From: an uncultured bacterium
Lineage (GTDB): Bacteria; Zixibacteria; MSB-5A5; JAABVY01; JAHJOQ01
Reading direction: 5' to 3'
NCBI GenBank assembly: GCA_965369655.1
Contig: CBDUQR010000002.1
Location: 33,857-97,856 of the forward strand
DNA: 64,000 nt
The notes below the pieces were generated by a model. The model searched no databases, was not told the DNA's origin, and saw only the letters and a program-made list of their open reading frames with translations. This document shows, piece after piece, positions 26,110 through 38,045 of the stretch (positions within the stretch are counted from its first letter, which is position 1; each line of letters opens with the position of its first letter). The position numbers and the translations under genes are program-made.

Positions 26110-27168
26110 ATGAAAGTTGAGATCATTGGAAAGACCGACGTGGGATTGCAGCGTGATGCGAATGAGGATTCGTTCGGCATTCTCGAATCCAAACGCCTGG
26201 CTGTCGTGTGTGACGGTATGGGCGGTCATGCAGCTGGCGAAGTTGCTTCGCGCTGCGCGGTAGATACATTACTGAGTCTGTACAAAGGCGCCGAGATTCC
26301 GGATGCTGCAGGCGACGCATTCGAATTGTCACCCGAACTGAGCGAGGAGGCTCGATTCCTCGTTTCTTCCGTACGAATCGCGAATACACGCACATATCTG
26401 ATGTCGGAGGCGGACCCGCGACTTGCGGGCATGGGTACGACTATTGTCGCAGCCGTATTCAGCGGCGGATCGATCACGATTAGTCATGTCGGAGATTCGC
26501 GAGCCTACCGGATCAGGAAAAACAGTCTGAGCCAACTGACCGTGGATCACTCGCTCGTGAGTGAGTTGCTGGCGTCAGGACGGATCACTCAGGAGAAAGC
26601 AGGGGAGTATCCTAATCGCAACATTATCACGCGAGCGCTCGGTGTCAGGGAACGAGTCAGGGTTGACGTACGCGAGCAATGTGTCGAGGCTGGTGATCTC
26701 TTTCTTCTATGCAGTGACGGCCTGACGGGAATGGTGAAAGAGACGGAGATTCTTCGCATAATCACTGACAGCGATGGCGACCTCGATACGATGGCCGACA
26801 GGCTGATTGCCGCCGCCAATGAGGGAGGCGGTGGGGATAACATTACGTGCGTTCTCGCTCGTGTGACCAGTGTCACGGAAAAGGACGTGCATGATGTGGA
26901 AATGACAACTCTGACGGTGCCGGAGGAGAGGGACTCGGAGCTTGCCGCTCAACGTATTGTGAGTGATGCGCTGGAGTCGATGCCCGAGGGCATGGCTGGG
27001 AATTCGTCCGGCGCAGATGACGCCGATTCTGCTCCTCCGAAGTCTCGCAGGTTCCCCGGCCTTCTGATAATCTGTCTGGTGGCCGCAGTGGCGCTGATTC
27101 TGCTGGCGTTTGTGGCCGATGTTACCGGTACGCGTGAGGCATTGTCCCGAATGTTCGGTCTCAATTGA
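26110..27168 (+). CDS. PP2C-family Ser/Thr protein phosphatase with C-terminal TM anchor
   Basis: PP2C motifs are present (EIIGKTDVGLQRDANEDSF…AVVCDGMGGHAAGEVAS…LLCSDGLTGMV…GGGDNITCVL). A hydrophobic helix (FPGLLIICLVAAVALILLAFV) lies near the C-terminus. Confidence 0.8.
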   Translation: MKVEIIGKTDVGLQRDANEDSFGILESKRLAVVCDGMGGHAAGEVASRCAVDTLLSLYKGAEIPDAAGDAFELSPELSEEARFLVSSVRIANTRTYLMSEADPRLAGMGTTIVAAVFSGGSITISHVGDSRAYRIRKNSLSQLTVDHSLVSELLASGRITQEKAGEYPNRNIITRALGVRERVRVDVREQCVEAGDLFLLCSDGLTGMVKETEILRIITDSDGDLDTMADRLIAAANEGGGGDNITCVLARVTSVTEKDVHDVEMTTLTVPEERDSELAAQRIVSDALESMPEGMAGNSSGADDADSAPPKSRRFPGLLIICLVAAVALILLAFVADVTGTREALSRMFGLN

Positions 27169-27251
27169 CCCTTAAATCCATCAAGAATGAATGCCTGAAT
27201 TGATCTCCGGATCAGTTTGTCTTCCCAGTATAGAAGTGTCCGGATAAAGCA

Positions 27252-27282
27252 AAAGGAGCGACCCGTTAGGGCCGCTCCTTTG
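27252..27282 (-). terminator. Rho-independent terminator of 27332-30541 (this copy has one stem mismatch)
   Basis: The plus strand reads AAAAGGAGCGACCCGTTAGGGCCGCTCC. On the minus strand the hairpin is followed by a T-tract. The terminator of the paralogue (30847-30878) has the same sequence. Confidence 0.5.
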
Positions 27283-27331
27283 ATTTACTCAGCCTGATAC
27301 AGTCAGTATCAGAGCCGTAGTGGACATGTTA

Positions 27332-30300
27332 TTAGCAGCAGGCAGCCGGATCGGGCGCTGGTCCTCCACCGAAGATGTAGTTGATCAGATACACTACATC
27401 ATCGATGTCGATACCGCCCAAACCGTTGGCATCACCGCAACAGATATGATCCACAGGCTCTGGTCCGCCACCGAAGATATAGTTGATCAGATACACCACA
27501 TCATCGATGTCGACACCACCAGAACCGTTAGCATCGCCCGAAACGCAATCGGACACAGGCTCACAACCCGGACAGTCAATGTTAGCACAGATCCAGGTCT
27601 TACCCTTATCGATGAGATTTTGCAGATCTGAAAGGCCTGTAAGGCTCGAGGCCTTCACCTTGCAGTATACGACGCACTCCTCTGCTGCAAGTGTGAGATC
27701 CTGAGCGATGACGTACACCGAATTGAGGTCCTCTACTGAATCCGAGGCGAGAAATCCGGTATGTGTAGCCAACAGATTGCCTATTTCGGCAGGTACATAA
27801 CCGGAGTTATCATACACCCAGGTGTCGTTTTCGAGGACGATGGCACCAACGATATCACCACAGAAGGATGCGCCGCCATAGTAGTCCTCGTAAGGCGAAC
27901 TGCCGGCGGGACCATACTGGTAGACCATCTGTCTGTCTTCATCGACTCCGGACTGGTTGTCACTGCCGTCTTCGCCGTCCGGTATATCCCAGTCGATACC
28001 TTCACCGAGATGGATGGTGATAGCGGCATCGGTGTTGTTGCAGACTTCAACGCGCTCGATCAGTACACAGACATCCGGGTGCTTCGGCACGTACCACTCA
28101 ATCACACCGGTGATGGCTGAGTCTGGAGTAGCCCACTCGCCGTGAGCGTAGTCGTAGTTGACATCATCCACAAGTATCAGCGAGTCTAAAGCGACGAAGC
28201 TGACTTTGCTGTTGGAGCCGTCGAACATCGAGAAGAATGTCTGAGAGACGTCGTCAGCATATGTCACGATGATACCCTCGTCGTACATTGGCGCGAACTC
28301 TTCGAGGAACCAGAACATATTGCCGAGATCACTGCGTTGAGCAACACCGGCTCTCGGGACGTTCCAGACGCCGATAGACCAGCAAGCGGTCGACAGAATT
28401 TCGTATTCCGGCGGGAAGTACTTACAGGCGACCAGAAGGTTGACAGGAATGTCGACTTGATCGGAACCTTCAGTACTGGTCAGACTGACACTCACGTTAC
28501 CGATTTCGGCGGTTTCGTTGGCCACCGGGCCAACGTCCACGGTGATAGTGGCTACGGTATTGATACCAGCCGTCACCGTACCGGTACCGCCGGTGATGCT
28601 CATCCAGCTTTCAGTTTCGCTTACAATGTAGCCGATCTCGACGTTACCGGTGTTGACGATAACGACATCAAACGACGTCGTAGTCGGCATCGTGCAGTCG
28701 GTACCGCTCGTGGGAGAGATTATCACAGACTGGTCCTCAGGAGCGACCGAATAGCTGAAAATGGCTTCCGGAGTGAAGCATGGGTACGTGGCGTAGAGAA
28801 CCTCGTTCTCGGTTTCTTCTCCCTCATCGTGAACGAACGAGCCAGCGTCATGGTCGCTGACGTAGAAGAGGTGCAGTACACCAGACGAGTATTTGGCCAT
28901 CGATCCGAAGTTCTCGTTGTGGCATGCACCGGCCACACAGCCGTCGGAGTATGTATTGGTCAGGTTGACATAAGTGCCGAGCTTGACCGGGACGCCGCTG
29001 CCAGCGGTCGTCAGTGTGTCGAATTCGTCCAGGGTGCCGTCGGGACCCCATGTGATGCCGCCATCGCTCGATGCAGTCAGGCAGAATTCGCCGTTTGCAT
29101 AACCATTTGCGGAGCAATCACCGTTGTTGTCACCACGGGGCCAGGTTCCAAAACGAGTAAACGAAACGTACATGTTGCCGTCGCATTCGGAGATGTTGAT
29201 TCTGGAAATGGCGCCGAGACCACCACCGATACCGCCGCTGCAGAATCCAGTCGGGGAGGTAGCGTCGAGAACGCGCGATATGACGTTGCTGGACTGATCC
29301 CAGTGCCACATATTGCCGCGGAACAGCGGCTGGCAAGGATCATCTTCTCTGAAATCAGGAGTCAGCCAAATGATGTGAAGGTCCCCGTCAGAGTCGTAGA
29401 CGGCTGATATTTCCGATTGAGCCTTGTGCACAAAATTGATGGGGTCAAGTGTTCCTCCCTCGGTGTAGTCAGTGATGTTGACTTCCGAACCCCAGGTGGC
29501 GCCGCCGTCAGTCGATTCCATGTAGACTATGTCGTGTTGTACCCACTGGAAGTTATTGAGATCGCCGGCAGGGTTGCCATCGCCATCACAACTGTTTCTC
29601 GGGTCACCCTGCTCGTAGAAAGGTTTGCACCAGATGAGGGCCACGTCGTCCGATGTCGGAGCGGGATCAGAGCGAACAGTAGCATTGACCGTATGGGAAG
29701 CATCGATGTAGAGGCCGAGCGTGTCGGTAGAGGTACCGGGGCACTCAGCGAGATCACCGTCAATATACCGATAGTAGATGATCGATTGTATCGACTCGTC
29801 AGGAAGAGCCACCGGCGGCGACTCGGTTGAGACTATGTGCAGTATCTCTTCGCCGGTTGTCAGTTTCTGGAACTCACCTACCGGCCAAATGTATGCATCA
29901 CCTTCATTTGTGCCGGACATTTCTCCCTGGCAGTTCGGTGGACCCGGCGCCCAGCGACTCACGTCAGGAAGGGCTTGAGGAAAGTAGCCGGACGGTGGCA
30001 TCATATCTATGCCCGACCTTGTGGAATAGAGCGCCGAACCCGGGCCTGCATGCCAGAATCCGACCGCAACACCGGCGTCGGTGACGTCAATAGTGGTATA
30101 TCCGCCATTGTTGGCAGATGCTGAATTCCCGGTGTGGCCCCACACCCATGCGCTGGGAGTAGTGATTTTGCGAGAGTTGTAATATATTCTCCGAAAACCG
30201 CTATGATCAGTCGGATGGCCTCTCATCCAGAGAAAGTGAACATATTCCAAACCGCTACCCTGGAAGTTCGGCGTGTAAGCGATCTGCCTCCCCATCGTGC

Positions 30301-30541
30301 CGTTTTTTTGATATTCGTAGTAGGTCACGCCGACTGTGTCGCCGATTGGATTCTGACGCGAAGCAGCGCCTGAAGGGCCGAGCCTCGGGCCGCTCGGTGT
30401 GTCATCACCGGCGATGCTCTTGTAAGGTTTCATCTTGTAGGACTGGCTGGTGGCGTCATCGACATTGGCGATGGCCGAACCCGCAAAGATCAAGAGTGTG
30501 ATCATCGCGATAGCCAGTACAAAATTCTTGCTGGAAATCAT
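27332..30541 (-). CDS. Secreted BNR-repeat (sialidase-like beta-propeller) protein with a C-terminal tandem dockerin-type repeat; paralogue A, 1069 aa
   Basis: It has a signal peptide (MISSKNFVLAIAMITLLIFAGSAIA). BNR motifs are present (STDGGATWGS, SSDGGITWGPDG). The C-terminus is GDANGSGGVDIDDVVYLINYIFGGGPEP…GDANGLGGIDIDDVVYLINYIFGGGPAP, two canonical dockerin Ca-binding segments. It is about 80% identical to 30915-34154 over the C-terminal third. Confidence 0.8.
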   Translation of the reverse strand: MISSKNFVLAIAMITLLIFAGSAIANVDDATSQSYKMKPYKSIAGDDTPSGPRLGPSGAASRQNPIGDTVGVTYYEYQKNGTMGRQIAYTPNFQGSGLEYVHFLWMRGHPTDHSGFRRIYYNSRKITTPSAWVWGHTGNSASANNGGYTTIDVTDAGVAVGFWHAGPGSALYSTRSGIDMMPPSGYFPQALPDVSRWAPGPPNCQGEMSGTNEGDAYIWPVGEFQKLTTGEEILHIVSTESPPVALPDESIQSIIYYRYIDGDLAECPGTSTDTLGLYIDASHTVNATVRSDPAPTSDDVALIWCKPFYEQGDPRNSCDGDGNPAGDLNNFQWVQHDIVYMESTDGGATWGSEVNITDYTEGGTLDPINFVHKAQSEISAVYDSDGDLHIIWLTPDFREDDPCQPLFRGNMWHWDQSSNVISRVLDATSPTGFCSGGIGGGLGAISRINISECDGNMYVSFTRFGTWPRGDNNGDCSANGYANGEFCLTASSDGGITWGPDGTLDEFDTLTTAGSGVPVKLGTYVNLTNTYSDGCVAGACHNENFGSMAKYSSGVLHLFYVSDHDAGSFVHDEGEETENEVLYATYPCFTPEAIFSYSVAPEDQSVIISPTSGTDCTMPTTTSFDVVIVNTGNVEIGYIVSETESWMSITGGTGTVTAGINTVATITVDVGPVANETAEIGNVSVSLTSTEGSDQVDIPVNLLVACKYFPPEYEILSTACWSIGVWNVPRAGVAQRSDLGNMFWFLEEFAPMYDEGIIVTYADDVSQTFFSMFDGSNSKVSFVALDSLILVDDVNYDYAHGEWATPDSAITGVIEWYVPKHPDVCVLIERVEVCNNTDAAITIHLGEGIDWDIPDGEDGSDNQSGVDEDRQMVYQYGPAGSSPYEDYYGGASFCGDIVGAIVLENDTWVYDNSGYVPAEIGNLLATHTGFLASDSVEDLNSVYVIAQDLTLAAEECVVYCKVKASSLTGLSDLQNLIDKGKTWICANIDCPGCEPVSDCVSGDANGSGGVDIDDVVYLINYIFGGGPEPVDHICCGDANGLGGIDIDDVVYLINYIFGGGPAPDPAACC

Positions 30542-30846
30542 AGCTTCTTTCCCTCTGTTGAAGTGAAAAGTTACTTACTTTCATAACATCGACTCCGGCG
30601 ACTTAATTCATCACCGGAACTGATTGAGGATTAAGATTCCTCGGGGCAATCTCTGATCCGATTGAACATATTCCCTCCTCTGTTACAAACAGTTTGGCGT
30701 ACTTAAGAGAGCGGTGAGTATTCTTCTACTATTAGTATAATAATTGCAACTGCTTACAAGTCAAGACAAAAAGAACATCACAGGGGAGCGGTTGCGGCGT
30801 GTGCTCAGTGGGCGGTGCGCTGGGGACAGGCCTGTTTCCAGGCAGT

Positions 30847-30878
30847 GAAAAAAAGGAGCGGCCTGTTAGGGCCGCTCC
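30847..30878 (-). terminator. Rho-independent terminator of 30915-34154
   Basis: GGAGCGGCC-TGTTA-GGGCCGCTCC is a perfect 9-bp stem. It is preceded on the plus strand by an A8 run, which is a T8 run after the hairpin on the minus strand. Confidence 0.55.
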
Positions 30879-30914
30879 CATTTGGTCTTCATCTGTTGCC
30901 TGATTCGAAATCAA

Positions 30915-33900
30915 CTAACAGATATCAACGGGCGGAGGTCCTCCACCGAAGATGTAGTTAATCAGGTAGACTACGTCATCGATGTCGACGCCACCAGAAC
31001 CATTTGCGTCGCCGCAGCAATTATCCTGCACAGGCGGAGGTCCGCCACCGAAGATGTAGTTAATCAGATAGACTACGTCATCGATGTCGACACCGCCACT
31101 GCCGTTTGCGTCACCAGGCACGCAGTCGGGGCCACTGCTAACACAGCCGGGACAGTCGATTTCCGGTGTGTCGGCGATGAATTCCTTGCCCTTATCGATG
31201 AGATTCTGCAGATCCAAAAGGCTTGTAAGGCTCGAGGCCTTCACCTTGCAGAACGTGGTGCAGGCCTGTGCATCGAGGGTAAGATTCTGAGCGATGACGT
31301 ACACCGAATTGAGGTCCTCGGCTGGGTCCGGATTTGGGGCGACAAATCCGGTATGTGTAGCCAGCAGATTACCTATGTCGGCAGGTATGTAACCGGAGTT
31401 CGGATACACCCAGACATCGTTTTCGAGGACGATGGTACCGACGATGTCAACGCAGAAGGATGCACCACCGTGGTAGTCCTCGTAAGGCGAACTGCCAGTG
31501 GGACCATGCTGGTAGACCATCTGTCTGTCGGTATCGACTCCGCAATTGTTGTCAGATCCATCATCTCCATCCGGGAAGTCCCAGTCGATACCTTCACCGA
31601 GATGGATGGTGATAGCAGCATCAGAGTTGTTGCAGACTACGACGCGCTCGATCAGCACACAGTACACCGGGTGCTTCGGCGTGTACCAGTCGATAGTGCC
31701 GGTGATGACAGAGTCCGGAGTGGCCCACAGGCCATTGGCCTGTTCATAGGTGGAATGGTCTGTAACAGTCAATGGTCCCATGGCTATGAAGCTGGCATCA
31801 CTGTCAGAGCCGTCGAACATCGAGAAGAATGTCTGAGAGACATCCTCAGCGTATGTCAAGATGAGACCCTCGTCATACATCGGAGCAACATCCTCGACAA
31901 ACCACCACATGTTGCCCTCGTCATTTCTCTGAGCGAGTCCGGCTCTCGGAACGTTCCAGACGCCGACTGACCAGCAGTGTGTCGAGATCAGGGCATATTC
32001 GGGCACATAGTACAGGCACTCGACATGCGCCGTGACATCAACCACAATTCCCGATGCACTGCCAGCGGAGCTGGTCAGGTCGATTGTTACCGTCCCAGGG
32101 TATTCGCCCTCGGCCCCGATCGGACCAACTGTCATGACGACATCAGCCGTTGGATTGATGCCGGCAGTGATTGTACCACTACCGGAAGCAGGATTCAACC
32201 ATGACTGGTCGGATGTGAACGTATAGTTGATCGGAACGTTTCCTGCGTTCGTGATCGTAATAGTGAAGTCGTCGGTGTATTCGATAGTACAGTCGGGTAC
32301 GCCATTCGGTGCGATCGGCACGAACGCGCTTGATGGATCAACTCTGTAATCGAACGTACCTTCCGGCTCGAAGCACGGATATGTCATGTACATATATGCG
32401 TTATTTGTGTATTCACCTTCCGCATCCACAACGACGGCTGCGCCGGGATGGTTGTCGTCAATGTACGCGATATGTACGACGTCGGTCGAGTACTTGGCCA
32501 TGCTTGACCAGTGTTCGCTGTGGCAATCGCCAGCCACGCAATCGTCAGTGCGAGTGTTGGTCACGTTGACTGCCGTGCCAGTTTTCACTGCGGTACCTGT
32601 TCCTCCGGTCGTGAGGTAGTCGTATGGAGGAGCGGCAGCGTCCGGACCCCACGTGATACCACCGTCGCTGGAACCTGTCAGGAAGATGTCACCGTTGAGA
32701 AACATCAGATCCGAGTAGTCTCCACCAACACTGTCATGAATAACCATGGCAGGGTCCATTGTTGTGTCAGGATGAGCGCCGAAACGGGTGAACGAAACAT
32801 AGAGCCTCTCGTCACACTCGGAGATATTCGGCTTGCTGGTCATTATGTTCCACACACCGGTGTTCGAGAAAGTACCACCGGGTCCTCTGAAGAGGAAGGG
32901 CATCGTGGCGTCGTAGACCGGGGTGATTTCCTGGTTGAAATCATCCCAATGCCACATCATGGTGGTATAGTAGCTTCCTTCACACGCACCGGCAGCGGGC
33001 CATACCGGAGTATTCCAGACAATGTGCAGTGTGCCGAGATGGTCATACAGCGCAGTCACATCTGTATACGCCATGTACTTGATCTCACTGATCGCGAGAG
33101 TGCCGCCGTCTGAGTAATTGGTGATGTTGGTCGGTGTCGCATCCCAGGTCACGCCGCCATCATTGGATTCGAAGTAAGCGACGTCGTGCTGCCACTGTGT
33201 GTACTCGCAATCATTATTGGGATGGTTAGGATCAGGATACATATCCTTTAGATACACGATGGCGACCTTATCCGAACCCGGGTCGGATCGGACTACCGGG
33301 GTGATGTTCTGGTCCTCGGTCATCCAGCGACCGAGAGTATCCGTAGATGTACCCGTGCACTCGTCCGTGGTATCGTTCACAATACGGTAATAGATGAAAG
33401 ACTGTATCGTGGCTGCCGGGGGTATAGGATCCCCACCCGGGTTCTCGGTGGATATGACGTGATAGACGTCATTTCCGTCGACATTGTCATACTCTATGAC
33501 CGGCCAGAGGTATTCGCTTTCCAACTCATAACCATCCTCACCTTCGCCCTCGCAGTTTGGCGGAGCCGGTTGCTGAAGCTTGGAGAACGGGGTGTTCGGC
33601 GGCATTAGGTCCTTGCCAGCATATGTGAAGTAAAAACCGGCGAGGCCCTCATGCCAGGAGGCGATTGCGGCGCCTTCGCTATTGACGTCGATTGTCGTAT
33701 ATCCGCCATTAGCGCCGGAGAATGATGTGCCGGCGTTATCATCGCCGTGCCTGTGAATCCATGCCTGCGGGGCACTCAACTTTCTTGCGTTGTAACGGAT
33801 ATACCTTGTCGCGCCAGGGGCGTTCCTCCACATCCAGACAAAGTGAATATATGGATGCCCATTTAGATCTGGGGTGTAAGCAATCTGTCTGCCCATTGAG

Positions 33901-34154
33901 CCGTTGTGCTGGAAGTCGTAGTATGTCAAACCTGCGGTATCACCGGGAGGCTGGGGGACAGGGCCGAAGCGTGACGGGCCGAAACGCGGCACGTCAGCGC
34001 CGATAAGTTCATCGGATCCGCCAGTTACAGCCTGAGGGGTCAATTGGCTCTCTGGACGGACGTTACTGATTTCACTTTCGATTGCCATCGCAGGTGCGGC
34101 AAGCATAAGCAGGATCGCCACCGCAAGGCAAAAGACTTTTGAATTTTCTGTCAT
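30915..34154 (-). CDS. Secreted BNR-repeat beta-propeller protein with a C-terminal tandem dockerin-type repeat; paralogue B, 1079 aa
   Basis: The start is set at MTENSKVF, with a GGAGAGG RBS. It has a signal peptide and BNR motifs (SNDGGVTWDA, SSDGGITWGPDA). The C-terminus is GDANGSGGVDIDDVVYLINYIFGGGPPP repeated twice. Confidence 0.8.
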   Translation of the reverse strand: MTENSKVFCLAVAILLMLAAPAMAIESEISNVRPESQLTPQAVTGGSDELIGADVPRFGPSRFGPVPQPPGDTAGLTYYDFQHNGSMGRQIAYTPDLNGHPYIHFVWMWRNAPGATRYIRYNARKLSAPQAWIHRHGDDNAGTSFSGANGGYTTIDVNSEGAAIASWHEGLAGFYFTYAGKDLMPPNTPFSKLQQPAPPNCEGEGEDGYELESEYLWPVIEYDNVDGNDVYHVISTENPGGDPIPPAATIQSFIYYRIVNDTTDECTGTSTDTLGRWMTEDQNITPVVRSDPGSDKVAIVYLKDMYPDPNHPNNDCEYTQWQHDVAYFESNDGGVTWDATPTNITNYSDGGTLAISEIKYMAYTDVTALYDHLGTLHIVWNTPVWPAAGACEGSYYTTMMWHWDDFNQEITPVYDATMPFLFRGPGGTFSNTGVWNIMTSKPNISECDERLYVSFTRFGAHPDTTMDPAMVIHDSVGGDYSDLMFLNGDIFLTGSSDGGITWGPDAAAPPYDYLTTGGTGTAVKTGTAVNVTNTRTDDCVAGDCHSEHWSSMAKYSTDVVHIAYIDDNHPGAAVVVDAEGEYTNNAYMYMTYPCFEPEGTFDYRVDPSSAFVPIAPNGVPDCTIEYTDDFTITITNAGNVPINYTFTSDQSWLNPASGSGTITAGINPTADVVMTVGPIGAEGEYPGTVTIDLTSSAGSASGIVVDVTAHVECLYYVPEYALISTHCWSVGVWNVPRAGLAQRNDEGNMWWFVEDVAPMYDEGLILTYAEDVSQTFFSMFDGSDSDASFIAMGPLTVTDHSTYEQANGLWATPDSVITGTIDWYTPKHPVYCVLIERVVVCNNSDAAITIHLGEGIDWDFPDGDDGSDNNCGVDTDRQMVYQHGPTGSSPYEDYHGGASFCVDIVGTIVLENDVWVYPNSGYIPADIGNLLATHTGFVAPNPDPAEDLNSVYVIAQNLTLDAQACTTFCKVKASSLTSLLDLQNLIDKGKEFIADTPEIDCPGCVSSGPDCVPGDANGSGGVDIDDVVYLINYIFGGGPPPVQDNCCGDANGSGGVDIDDVVYLINYIFGGGPPPVDIC

Positions 34155-34527
34155 TGTTCTACCTCTCCTCAAGGTTTCATCACTGGTGTTGCGCGTGATG
34201 TTGGTTCAAAGTAAGAGAAAGCCTCTAACATAAGTTGCTGTTTCAAATTCGTTAGAAGCTAAGTCGAAGTACCGGCATGCGTCCTCCTATTATGTTTTGT
34301 GTTCCGGGTCAATTGTAGTATTCAACAATACTATTTAAAGAAGAAGCTCTGCTCATGTTTAGATTAATAGACACGGCCATGAAAGTCAAGGCAAAAAACA
34401 CAATTGTTTGCCCAAAAAAAACGTGACGGAAGCTTTCGATGGCGTTTTGGGACTGACTTCCAGGACCGATATCTGGCCGGATGAACCGGCGCAATAATTG
34501 CGAAAGTACGCCGTGCAGAAGATATTG

Positions 34528-35592
34528 TCAACCTCTGTATCCACCTTCGAGCAGGTTCCCGATCGGTCGCAGCGGTTCGATATGATCGCAAATAACCTTG
34601 AAACCTGCCGTGATGGGCATCGCCAGTATGATTCCGACTCCACCCCAGAGCCAGCCCCAGTAGACCGTTGCGATCAGGACTGATGTCAGATTGATGTTAA
34701 TGCGGTCGCCGACCAGTTTCGGGGTTATGATGTTTCCTTCAAGGAACTGCAATACGAGAAAGAATATCCCGACATACATCAGCCACCACATCGACTGGTT
34801 CTCGATAGATGCAACTATCATGGGCGGGATCGCCCCCATGACCGCGCCGATGTAGGGGATCAGATTCAACGCTCCGGCGAGCGGTCCCCACACATACGCA
34901 TACGGCACGCCCATTATCAGCAGTCCGATGGTTACGACAACCGCAAGGGCAGTCGTCGTGGCGAATTTCACAGCCATGAATCCGGAGATATTACTCGATA
35001 TTTTGTCGACTATCTGCCTCGATGCGTCACTGTGCTCGCTTCCGAACAGGTTGGCCAGCTTGTCCTTGAATCCTTCCTGTTCGATCAGCACGAACGAAGT
35101 CATCAACAGCACAAGAATGGTCTTCCATAGAATGGAAAATGCAGACCCGAGTCCCGCGAAGAAGTATCTCGATATAGATGTGATTTCGCTGAACTTGATG
35201 TCTTGCAGTGGATTGATCGTCCCGTCCGAGACGTCTCCCGGAAGGTACTGTGCCAGCGACGGGAACTGATCGAGCCAGGTTGAGAGCTGTTTCTGGAATC
35301 CGGTCCAGTACTGCGGGAATTTGACGACCAGTTCACCTGCCTGGGATGCTATCAGGGCGGCGATGCTGAGGAACAGTATGAGAGTTGTCAGTACCACGAT
35401 TATGACTGCCGCCACACGTGGGAGCTTGAGTCTCATCAGCAGCTTGACAACCGGATTGAGAATGAACGCGAAGGCTATTCCGAGCAGGACCGGCAGGAGT
35501 ATCGGCTTCGCGTAGTACAGAAACACCGACATAATCATCAGCGATATGATCGGTATGGCAATTGACTGTATCTTGATAATTCGCTGTTCCAT
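34528..35592 (-). CDS. AI-2E family transporter (PerM-like permease)
   Basis: The 354-aa protein has 8 predicted TM helices. The family pattern is present (…PILLPVLLGIAFAFILNPVV…GLLIMGVPYAYVWGPLAGALNLIPYIGA…). Confidence 0.8.
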   Translation of the reverse strand: MEQRIIKIQSIAIPIISLMIMSVFLYYAKPILLPVLLGIAFAFILNPVVKLLMRLKLPRVAAVIIVVLTTLILFLSIAALIASQAGELVVKFPQYWTGFQKQLSTWLDQFPSLAQYLPGDVSDGTINPLQDIKFSEITSISRYFFAGLGSAFSILWKTILVLLMTSFVLIEQEGFKDKLANLFGSEHSDASRQIVDKISSNISGFMAVKFATTTALAVVVTIGLLIMGVPYAYVWGPLAGALNLIPYIGAVMGAIPPMIVASIENQSMWWLMYVGIFFLVLQFLEGNIITPKLVGDRININLTSVLIATVYWGWLWGGVGIILAMPITAGFKVICDHIEPLRPIGNLLEGGYRG

Positions 35593-37695
<2,103 letters not shown>

Positions 37696-38045
37696 AAACC
37701 CACCCGACGCTTTCGCTTTGGGTGGGCTACCGGTCTGATTGACTTGAGCGAGAAGCTGACTCTGTCGCTCCCGCGGAGGCGGGAGCCTATTTAACGATAA
37801 CGCATTCAATAGATTCCCGCCTGCGCGGGAATGACGCTATTTTCTTTCGCAAACATGATTACCTGCCTTTCGAATCTTTTGGGACAACCTCGGGAGGTCT
37901 ACCAGCCACAAAATGAGATTGCCACGCTCCCTTCGGTCGCTCACGATGACCGCATCGAGGGAAATTCCACAGAAAAGCAGAAGGGAGCGGCATGTGCCGA
38001 CTCCCTTGCCAAGCCATCTTGTGATTTTGACTGGTCTGTGCCGAT

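Noticed and set aside
27320-27631. 103-aa plus-strand ORF, with the similar 30882-31970 ORF
   Set aside because: They are antisense shadows of the dockerin and C-terminal regions of the minus-strand paralogues. They inherit the repeat structure and have no RBS.
28337-29407. 356-aa plus-strand ORF inside paralogue A
   Set aside because: It is antisense to a well-supported 1069-aa gene. Its Arg/Gly/Val-rich composition is typical of a GC-rich reverse frame.
27355-31095. Near-identical ~70-nt direct repeats (27355-27430 / 27463-27530 and 30929-30990 / 31037-31095) that look CRISPR-like at first glance
   Set aside because: They are the coding sequence of the tandem dockerin segments inside two long ORFs. 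They have an in-frame protein repeat structure, no spacer-like unique inserts, and no cas genes.
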